This document shows, piece after piece, positions 55,792 through 64,000 of a DNA stretch of 64,000 nt. The first letter of the stretch is position 1. Each line of letters starts with the position of its first letter. This stretch comes from Nitrospinota bacterium (GTDB lineage: Bacteria; 2-12-FULL-45-22; JACOWJ01), in contig JACOWJ010000029.1 in assembly GCA_016176845.1 (NCBI GenBank), positions 3,397-67,396 on the forward strand, given 5' to 3'. The notes under the pieces are model-generated. The model had not been told where the DNA came from. It made no database searches and saw only the letters and a program-made list of their open reading frames with translations. The translations under genes were made by a program, and so were the position numbers.

Positions 55792-55827
55792 TCGGGTATC
55801 GGATGAATCCGATTAGGAGGAATCTTT

Positions 55828-56346
55828 ATGAACGCCGACGATCAAAAACTTCGCGATGAAAATCTGAGTTTTTACTTTGAAGATATCGAAAAAATTGATA
55901 AAGTGCTTAGTAATTTTCTCACTTTATCGAAGGCCAAGTCTGTTTTTCTGATCGATAAAAGTGGCAGCATGATAACCTATAAAGGGGAGAATCAATCTAT
56001 CAATGTTGATGAATTGTCCGCTCTTGTGGCCGCAAGTTTTGCCGCCACCAAAGAAATAGCCCGTCTCTTAGGTGAGGCTGAATTTACGGTCATGTTCCAT
56101 CAGGGGAAAAAAGATAATATCCATATCAGCCTGATCGGAAACAAAGCCATATCCGTAACCCTATTCGGTGATGATACCACTGTTGGAATGATCGGCCATT
56201 ACTCAAAAGAACTTTCACACAAACTTGCGTCCATATTCGAAATCATATCCAAAAGGATTGTCCGACATCAGGAGCAGATTGCCGGGGATTTAGGCGCATT
56301 CGTCGAAAATAAACTGAATGAACTTTTTAAGGTCTATCCCTCGTAG
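55828..56346 (+). CDS. mglB: MglB Roadblock/LC7 GAP-like protein
   Basis: [38 protein letters not shown] and T.GMI. Confidence 0.9.
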   Translation: MNADDQKLRDENLSFYFEDIEKIDKVLSNFLTLSKAKSVFLIDKSGSMITYKGENQSINVDELSALVAASFAATKEIARLLGEAEFTVMFHQGKKDNIHISLIGNKAISVTLFGDDTTVGMIGHYSKELSHKLASIFEIISKRIVRHQEQIAGDLGAFVENKLNELFKVYPS

Positions 56347-57017
56347 AGGATGGGGTCCGGCAGGCCGGCCCGGGCAAACCCTCGCAGGCGCAACGCGCAG
56401 CTATCGCATCGGCCACAGGCCCGCTCGTTGCCCTGGTAGCACGACCAGGTCAGTCCCAGGGGGGCCTGGAGCTCTGCCCCTTTCCTCACAATCTCCGCTT
56501 TGGTCATCCGGATGAGGGGGGTCAAGATTTCGATCCGGGTCTCGGGCCGGGTCCCCAGAGCGATCACCCGATTGAAGGCCCGGTAGAACTCCTCTCGGCA
56601 GTCAGGGTAGCCGGAGCTGTCCTCTTCGACGACCCCGATGAAAATCTTGCAGGCCCCCAGGACCTCACCCCAGGAGACTGCGACGGAGAGCAGATGTGCG
56701 TTGCGGAAGGGGATGTAGGAGGTTGGGATGTTGGGGTTGTCAAGGTCAGCCAGGGAAACGGGGATCGCCTCATCAGTTAGGCTGGAGCCCCCGATCTCCT
56801 TGAGGTAGGCCACCGAGGCGACCAACCGCTTCTCCACACGGTAGTAATCAGCGATCTCATGAAAGGCCCGCAGCTCCCGCTCCTCAGTCCTTTGGCCGTA
56901 GTTGAGGTGCAGGAAGGCCAGCCGGTAATCCAGGTCGGCAATGGCCGCCGTCACACAGCTGTCCAGCCCGCCGCTGACCAGCACCACTGCCCACTCGTTC
57001 TTTCCTTTTTGGCTCAT
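56334..57017 (-). CDS. queC: 7-cyano-7-deazaguanine synthase
   Basis: SGGLDS, YGQR, YIPFRN, GYPDCR and TWSCY...CGRCDSC. Confidence 0.97.
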   Translation of the reverse strand: MSQKGKNEWAVVLVSGGLDSCVTAAIADLDYRLAFLHLNYGQRTEERELRAFHEIADYYRVEKRLVASVAYLKEIGGSSLTDEAIPVSLADLDNPNIPTSYIPFRNAHLLSVAVSWGEVLGACKIFIGVVEEDSSGYPDCREEFYRAFNRVIALGTRPETRIEILTPLIRMTKAEIVRKGAELQAPLGLTWSCYQGNERACGRCDSCALRLRGFARAGLPDPILYEG

Positions 57018-57046
57018 CGTTTTAAATCCTTCCTGTTGATGTGGGA

Positions 57047-57135
57047 GATTTTACCGTGAAAATGCCGGGATCGGTCTGAGATCCATTTTCATTTTCGGGG
57101 GCGGCCAACTTCGTTTGGCCATGTCGGTTTCAAGG
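57047..57135. repeat. ~90 bp dispersed motif, copy B
   Basis: GATTTTACCGTGAAAATGCC...CCATTTTCATTTTCGGGGGCGGCCAACT. Confidence 0.75.
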
Positions 57136-57737
57136 AAACTTTATCTCCCGGGTTCATTCAATTCTCGTTGGAGCCGGACAATGCTCTCTATCCTATTCCC
57201 TATTCTCACGCCAAACGGTTAAGTAAGGATAGTCGGTGGATAACAACCTGGTCAAGTCTTTATATCAACAACCTGCTCAAGCGCGACCGCCGGCCCGTCT
57301 TTGATTTTTTCCCCAGGGGGTCTTATATGACCGATAGAGCTGCTTCCCTTGGGGGACTTGGGGGAAGCAGCTCCTTAAGAGCGTCGAGGTAGACCCTTTG
57401 CCTGTCTTCACTCGGGGAGTCCGTAGGGAGGTCTCAGGCGGTGGGGTGTGATCTGGGCGCAACGGTAAGCGGGAGACCTGCGGAAGGGGTTTTTGACGTC
57501 CGAGCTGCGGCAGGCTTAGAGCTTTAAGCTTTTGTGGCACCGAAGGTCAGATCCCTTCCTGAGCTCTATAGAACCCCAAAAACAGGGAACATTCTGAGCC
57601 CAGTCCCTGCGGAAAAAAGTGGGCTCCGGTTTTGGGGTCGGCCATCTTTGAGAGATCCTGCATGGGAGTCCAGAGAGCGGAACTGGCTTTTCTCCCAAGA
57701 GGTAGCTGCGGAAGTTCCCTGTAGAAGAGGTGTTAGG

Positions 57738-58298
57738 ATGAAACTTTCAAAGCTTATCCCGTTAGGAACCGCGAGCATCTTCGCGTTGACCCTGCTGGTT
57801 GGGCTCAGTGCTGCCACAGCTCAGGCCGGTAGCACTGTGGAATGGAAGCAGATCATTGGGATTATCATGCCAGGCAACGTCGTAGGCAGCGGCGCTGGAG
57901 AAGTGACCGGCGCCGGCCAGCCCTGGTCTGCGACAAGGGGCGAGGCTGGGGTCGATTTGCTAACTGGAGCCATAAACTTCAAGGTCGAAGGGCTGGTGCT
58001 CGCCGGCGGCAACAACATCGGAACCCCGGGCAACGTCACCGAGGTGAAGGGGACCCTGGTCTGCGATACCGATGGCAGTGCCGGTATGGGTCATTCGACC
58101 CTCGTGGACACGGACCTGGTTCCTCTCAGTGCTGAGGGAGATGCCGAGTTCGATGGCGAAGTCGGCCCTCTGCCCGATGCCTGCATCAACGAGCCTGATA
58201 TCGCCTTCTTGATTCGGATCCCCGCTGGCCGCTGGATCGCCAATGGGGCTGTGCGCGTGGTGGAAATGGCAGAAGTTGAAGAAATGGAAATGGAGTAG
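57738..58298 (+). CDS. Secreted hypothetical protein
   Basis: Signal peptide (AQA), VEGLVLAGG, GTLVC and VPLSAEGDA. Confidence 0.8.
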   Translation: MKLSKLIPLGTASIFALTLLVGLSAATAQAGSTVEWKQIIGIIMPGNVVGSGAGEVTGAGQPWSATRGEAGVDLLTGAINFKVEGLVLAGGNNIGTPGNVTEVKGTLVCDTDGSAGMGHSTLVDTDLVPLSAEGDAEFDGEVGPLPDACINEPDIAFLIRIPAGRWIANGAVRVVEMAEVEEMEME

Positions 58299-58393
58299 CG
58301 AGCGATCTTTTCCGCTGACCCCCCGGACTGCGAACGGATCTGCGCATTTACCGTTTTTTTCGGAGGGAGCCTGAGGGATCGAAGCGGGTTCTC

Positions 58394-58732
58394 CTACTTC
58401 CGTTGGGCTCCTTCCAGCAGCCTGTGAAGGACGTCCTCGATGAAGCCGGCGACCTCCACGGGCCTGATCCTCCGGGCCGCTAGCTCCCGCTGCATCCCGT
58501 AGCCGATGCGGGCGCAGAGCACGGCCCCGCAGTCCCCGATCAGCCTCATCCTCTCCTCCATGACTTCGTCCGAGTGCCCCGGCTGATCGGAGGCTCCGCA
58601 AAGCGGGGGACACCTTCGGATCTCGACAAACTGGACGGCAGACCCGGATAGCTCGAAGATCATGAACCGGTCGGCGTGTCCGAAGTGCTGGTTGATCATC
58701 TTGCCGTCGGTGGAGGCGACCGCAATCTTCAT
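58394..58732 (-). CDS. NifB/NifX family (FeMo-co binding domain) protein
   Basis: KIAVASTDG..INQHFGHA..F and DC.AVLCARIG. Confidence 0.9.
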   Translation of the reverse strand: MKIAVASTDGKMINQHFGHADRFMIFELSGSAVQFVEIRRCPPLCGASDQPGHSDEVMEERMRLIGDCGAVLCARIGYGMQRELAARRIRPVEVAGFIEDVLHRLLEGAQRK

Positions 58733-58780
58733 CTCCGATTCTCCTCAAACTTCCATGTCCCTGCGAGCAAAGCCAAGAGT

Positions 58781-58968
58781 CTAACTTGAAGGAATTTCCT
58801 TATCTAAATCTAAGCTCAGGACTCAGCCCTCTATGAGCTATGAGCTACGAGCTTTAAGCTAACTCGATTGTATAGGAATTTCCTTTTCCGATGAATGGGG
58901 GACCATGAGCAAGGGATAGGGGGAGGGAGTGACTAGCCCCTGTCCCCTGTCCCCTGTCCCCTAACTTG
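58781..58968 (-). mobile_element. Head-to-tail stack of miniature IS91-like elements
   Basis: Read on the + strand: CTAACTTG, AAGGAATTTCC...CTAACTCG, then GTATAGGAATTTCC...(CCCCTGT)3...CTAACTTG. Confidence 0.65.
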
Positions 58969-58973
58969 TCCAG

Positions 58974-59666
58974 TCACTGAATTCCCAGGTACTTGTGCAG
59001 CTGCAGTTGGAGGCGGACCGGGAGGCGATCCTCCAGGATCCAGCGCGCCACCTGGCTTGGATCAAGCTGGGGGAGGGCCGCCGAGAGCAGGACAGTGAAT
59101 CGCTGGGCCAAGGAACCGTCCCGAATCACCTGCCGGGCCCATTCGTAGTCCTGGCGGCTGCTGAGGACGAACTTGATCTCGTCCCTGGAGGTCAGTCGCT
59201 CCAGGTTGTCCCAGCAGATCTGGCTCGACATCCCGCTGTCGGGGCATTTCAGATCCAGGATCTTGATGGCCCGGGGATCGAGCCGGCCCACGTTCAGGCT
59301 CCCGTTGGTCTCCACCAGGACCTGGCAACCCTTCTCCAACAGCTGCTCCACCAGGGGGTAGACCCCTTCTTGCAAGAGGGGCTCGCCCCCCGTGACCTCC
59401 ACCAGCCCCCCCTCCGGATGGGCCACCTCCGCCAAGATCTCCTCGATACTCCTCTCGCGGCCCTGGTCGAAGGCGTAAGCGGTGTCGCAGTAAGTGCAGC
59501 GCAGGTTGCACCCGGCCAGCCGGACGAAGATGCAGGGCCAGCCCGCATAAGTGGACTCTCCTTGTATGCTGTAGAAGATCTCGTTCACTCTCAGTGGGGT
59601 CAGTTCAAGCCCACCCCTTTTTCCCGCTTTGGAGTTTTGAGTTTGGGCTGTCAAAGGTTGTCCCAT
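58974..59666 (-). CDS. queE: 7-carboxy-7-deazaguanine synthase (radical SAM)
   Basis: EIFYSIQGE, FVRLAGCNLRCTYCDT, TGGEPLLQ, ETNG and QLHKY. Start codon uncertain. Confidence 0.95.
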   Translation of the reverse strand: MGQPLTAQTQNSKAGKRGGLELTPLRVNEIFYSIQGESTYAGWPCIFVRLAGCNLRCTYCDTAYAFDQGRERSIEEILAEVAHPEGGLVEVTGGEPLLQEGVYPLVEQLLEKGCQVLVETNGSLNVGRLDPRAIKILDLKCPDSGMSSQICWDNLERLTSRDEIKFVLSSRQDYEWARQVIRDGSLAQRFTVLLSAALPQLDPSQVARWILEDRLPVRLQLQLHKYLGIQ

Positions 59667-59881
59667 TCCTCGGGAGTGATTGCTCGCCCAATGATTCCCT
59701 CAACCTCGTGGACCATCATACGAAGCTGTGAGAGAGAGTACTCGCGGTTCGAGGGAATCGCAAGCCGATGACTTTGATAGGTCATAAAGCGATGGCGGGT
59801 TCCGGCAAAAGGGCCATCGAAGCCAAGCACCCGTAGCTTCCGGATAAAGTCTTGACGCTTACAAGGTCTCCACTCGCTCAC
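59651..59881 (-). CDS. hicA: HicA family toxin
   Basis: FIRKLRVLGFDGP..G.RH.FM and LAIP. Confidence 0.85.
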   Translation of the reverse strand: MSEWRPCKRQDFIRKLRVLGFDGPFAGTRHRFMTYQSHRLAIPSNREYSLSQLRMMVHEVEGIIGRAITPEEWDNL

Positions 59882-60146
59882 GGTGTGGCTTTCGGTTTAA
59901 GTCGATGCCCTTAATAATGGGGAGGTGATGACCCATTTTTAATCCTAAAATGATCCAATCCTCCAGAACGGAACGTAATGCGGTTTCACACTCACGTAGC
60001 CTCCCTGCAAAGGCTATCACGCCTTTACAGGGAGGGATACGACCCGCATAGGACCCATCCCCTAATTTATCGTAGACAGCCTCAGCCAAGGCTCCTTCAA
60101 TGTACTCCGTCAATACAAGTTTCATCCAGGAGGCCTTCCAATCCAT
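59859..60146 (-). CDS. hicB: HicB family antitoxin
   Basis: YIEGAL..AVY, DGSYAGRIP.C.GV.A and LEDWI..GL..G..LP. Confidence 0.85.
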   Translation of the reverse strand: MDWKASWMKLVLTEYIEGALAEAVYDKLGDGSYAGRIPPCKGVIAFAGRLRECETALRSVLEDWIILGLKMGHHLPIIKGIDLNRKPHRERVETL

Positions 60147-60331
60147 GACGCCTGATGACTCCCCGGTTCCCGCAGCCTCCCGCAAAGACACCCCACATTG
60201 CCAACATACAGGTTTCCACGTGGCTGAGGAATGGGTCTATCGAGGGGATATAGCCCTGCCGATGAGAAATTTAAGTTGAACAGGACTTTTCCTTAAAACC
60301 AGATTACCTCCGAGGCCAGCGAAAGTCAAAG

Positions 60332-60427
60332 GATTTTTACCGTAAAAATGCCCGAGTCTCTCTGGAGCCCATTTTCATTTTCGGGGGCGGCCAACTCTGC
60401 TTGGTTGGCCATGTCGATTTCCAGAGG
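60332..60427. repeat. ~90 bp dispersed motif, copy C
   Basis: GATTTTTACCGTAAAAATGCC...CCATTTTCATTTTCGGGGGCGGCCAACT...GTTGGCC. Confidence 0.75.
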
Positions 60428-60602
60428 TCAAAGATCGCGGTCGATTTTCCCTTGCATTCGCGCGGCCGAGCGTGTAAGCTTCAAAAAAAGCTCCGCGGTA
60501 CCCTTATCTCCCTCGCAATCCTTGAGAAGTGCGGCGTGCGCATCCAGCCTGAGAATCCATCGTGAGAACAAAGAGGAAAGCGGGGAGAGGGTTTCCCCAT
60601 GA

Positions 60603-61973
<1,371 letters not shown>

Positions 61974-61991
61974 TACCTGGTACAACTCCAC

Positions 61992-62478
61992 CGTTCCGGT
62001 GGAGATGCCGGAGCACAAGGGGCTCTTCGGAGACTTCTCCCATCGCCATGCCGCTGCTGCGGCCGGACTGGGGCAATTTGGCCGCAACACCCTGCTGATC
62101 ACGCCCCAGTTCGGGCCCCGCGTGTGGCTCGGCAGCGTGATCACCACGGCGCCGCTGGAGGCAACCCCCGTGGCGGCAGGGCTCTCCCCTTGCTGCAACG
62201 GCTGCCATCGCTGCGTCGAGGTCTGTCCGGTTCAGGCCCTTACCGGGGACAGGATCGACGCAGCGCAGTGCGCGCGGGGAGGCGTGCACGCCCAGAACCT
62301 CAGCGGCCTCGTCCGCCAGATCAAGACGGTGCTGAATGAGACCGACCCGAAAAAAAGGTTGAGGATCGCGACAGGCCCCGAGACATGGGAAATTTACCAG
62401 TCGATGGTCTGTGGCATGATGCCCAGCTGCAATAAATGCGTGCTGATTTGCCCGGCAGGGATAACCATTGGAGCTTAA
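61992..62478 (+). pseudogene. 5'-truncated epoxyqueuosine reductase (QueG)-like 4Fe-4S protein
   Basis: SHRHAA..AGLG.FGRN.LLI.PQFG, CNGCHRCVEVCP and CNKCVLICP; the N-terminal domain is missing. Confidence 0.7.
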
Positions 62479-62485
62479 CTCCTTC

Positions 62486-62513
62486 CCCCTCCCAGGCTTT
62501 TGCTTGGGAGGGG
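62486..62513. terminator. Hairpin between convergent genes
   Basis: CCCCTCCCAGGC-TTTT-GCTTGGGAGGGG. Confidence 0.55.
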
Positions 62514-62543
62514 TCTCCTTGCTTCAACGAGGAGCTCCAGCCG

Positions 62544-62633
62544 TTATTTCTTCTTGTGGCGCATCCGATCCCGGAGCTTCTTGTGCTTGTGCTTGCGCAT
62601 TTTTTTGCGCCGCTTTTTGATTACACTTCCCAT
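62544..62633 (-). CDS. 29 aa basic protein, AURKAIP1/COX24 (bS22-like ribosomal protein)
   Basis: MGSVIKKRRKKMRKHKHKKLRDRMRHKKK; RBS GAGGGG; below the ORF-track length cutoff. Confidence 0.9.
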   Translation of the reverse strand: MGSVIKKRRKKMRKHKHKKLRDRMRHKKK

Positions 62634-62773
62634 AGCCCCTCTCTTTCTACTCCTTCAATATTCTTCTCAACCTGGATGATGCTTTCAACCACCGATGAGG
62701 AGGCTTTCCGGTCAGGAGAAACCCGATCCCCTTCATGCCCGGCGGCCCTTCGTTCCTCTCCTGAAGACGCGAA

Positions 62774-62802
62774 ATTATAGGCCAAAAATGGGCCCATGTC
62801 AA
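62774..62802 (-). promoter_or_regulatory. Consensus sigma70 promoter
   Basis: TTGACA-N17-TATAAT, upstream of the bS22-like gene. Confidence 0.8.
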
Positions 62803-62824
62803 TAGAAATACCCTAAAAACCCCC

Positions 62825-62853
62825 TTGACGTCCGGGGCTATCCATGCTACGCT
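62825..62853 (+). promoter_or_regulatory. Divergent sigma70 promoter
   Basis: TTGACG-N17-TACGCT with an extended TG. Confidence 0.6.
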
Positions 62854-62868
62854 CTGCAGAAATCCGTT

Positions 62869-62966
62869 CAAGTTAGGGATTAGGGATTAGGGGCTAGTAA
62901 GAAAGAAGAGCTTTTGCTAATCCCTAGCCCCTAGTCCCTAGCCCCTAAAAATGGAAATTCCTATGC
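62869..62966 (+). mobile_element. Miniature element with IS91-like ends and a TTAGGGA heptamer hairpin
   Basis: CAAGTTAG(GGATTAG)n...(CTAGCCC)n...AAAATGGAAATTCCTATGC. Confidence 0.65.
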
Positions 62967-63033
62967 GATAAATTTAGACAGTCTGAACAGGATTTAAAAG
63001 AAATCCTGTTCAGACCATTTTAAGGAGGAAGAG

Positions 63034-64000
63034 ATGACACAAAAGCTCTTGCAGATGGAGCCTCAAGTCCTGGAGGCGGTCAAGAAGGCCTTGGAACATC
63101 CCTTCTTTAAGGCGATCGAGAATCGCAAGTCCCTCCGGTTCCCCGTGGGGGGCAACCTCGAGGCGACCTATTTCAATTTTCAATCCCCACGCGAACCGGT
63201 GCCCCTCTCAGAGATCGAAGAGGCCTTGCTCGTCTGGGCCGCCACCGGGATCGTCGGGCAGATCTTCTCGGACATCGATCCCGACAAGTTTGGTCCCCTG
63301 GGGACCCTGATGCACTGGCAGCGGCGGACCTGGCCCAGCCCTTGTGCCTCCCACGGCACCCAGCTCTTCTTCTCGAACGACGAGGGGATCTGGGCCATGA
63401 AGGTCTGGGACATCGACCCGGAGGATCTCACCGTAGGGTTCGCAGCAGCCCAGACGGTGGAGGAAAAGGCCGAGGCCGCCCTGGAGTTCTACCACAAGTA
63501 CCGGGTGAAGATCTCTGACAACCGCGACGACCTGCCCACGGGCGAAGTGACCGGCTTCTGGACCTTTAACGCCTGGAACGCCAACCGGCCTGGCACCACC
63601 CTCTTCATCCCGGTCTCCGACTTCACCATCGAATATCTCAACATTCTGTTCCTCTTCACTTCCCCTCAATACCGATGGAATATTATCGATGAGCTCCACG
63701 GCGGCAGGAACTGCGGCACCGACCGGTGGCTGAAGTCCGGCCTGATCAAGGATGATGTCCCCTTGCCGCTGGCGGCAACCGAGCGGCTGGTCGCCACGCT
63801 GATCGCCGCCGAGCAAGCCTTCGCCATGCAGAACGTCTCCCTGGCTGCCGTGGGGATGGGGTTGGGAGGCTGGCTCTTCGGAGGCCATATCCCCATGGCT
63901 GTCATGGGGGGGACCCCGCAGTGGAAGGGGCTGGGCTTCAAGTTCGTGACCGCCGAAAAGGGCGATTTTCCCCTTCCGTACCCGATCGGACGGGAGGACG
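63034..64000 (+). CDS. Nitroreductase-like fold protein, 3' end outside window
   Basis: RBS AAGGAGG; AIENRKSLRF, PLSEIEEALLVWAATG, RTWPSPCASH and QNVSLAAVGMGLGG. Confidence 0.75.
   Translation, partial: MTQKLLQMEPQVLEAVKKALEHPFFKAIENRKSLRFPVGGNLEATYFNFQSPREPVPLSEIEEALLVWAATGIVGQIFSDIDPDKFGPLGTLMHWQRRTWPSPCASHGTQLFFSNDEGIWAMKVWDIDPEDLTVGFAAAQTVEEKAEAALEFYHKYRVKISDNRDDLPTGEVTGFWTFNAWNANRPGTTLFIPVSDFTIEYLNILFLFTSPQYRWNIIDELHGGRNCGTDRWLKSGLIKDDVPLPLAATERLVATLIAAEQAFAMQNVSLAAVGMGLGGWLFGGHIPMAVMGGTPQWKGLGFKFVTAEKGDFPLPYPIGRED

Noticed and set aside
57018-57140. preQ1 riboswitch upstream of queC
   Set aside because: No preQ1-I stem-loop with an A-rich tail is recognisable; the region is reported instead as a dispersed motif.
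58394-58732. Nitrogen fixation cluster
   Set aside because: Only a lone NifX-like domain is present, with no nif structural genes.
62872-62950. Telomere-like TTAGGG repeats
   Set aside because: The period is 7 (TTAGGGA) and the array is internal, forming cargo of a mini-element.

Overview
A 64 kb window from a high-GC bacterium; the gene set suggests an anaerobic or facultative environmental lineage (deltaproteobacterial, Nitrospinota or Tectomicrobia-like), which is an inference. Housekeeping and metabolic genes include eno, queC, queE, ribBA, ubiX, a UbiD decarboxylase, mtnA, rqcH, lutA, a lutB-lutC fusion, two xanthine-dehydrogenase-family Mo enzymes, a MoxR/VWA pair and tRNA-Leu(CAG). 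These alternate with accessory patches of toxin-antitoxin pairs, secreted proteins and many truncated or internally collapsed gene remnants. Main observations: (1) about 12 copies of a 60-100 bp element with asymmetric ends (CAAGTTAG ... GGAAATTCCTATAC) that resemble IS91/ISCR terIS and oriIS ends, carry variable repeat cargo and are sometimes stacked head-to-tail; (2) an AT-rich six-gene island encoding an MglA GTPase fused to a SurA/PrsA-type chaperone core, three Roadblock domains, a DUF4388 protein and TPR proteins; (3) a candidate prenyl-FMN supply cluster (lpdD-ribBA-ubiX-archaeal-type CTP riboflavin kinase); (4) duplicated gene 3' ends, nested MITEs and a thrice-repeated ~90 bp motif in divergent intergenic regions. 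No CRISPR array, rRNA, integrase or intact transposase was seen. All family calls come from motif recognition by eye; no database searches were run.
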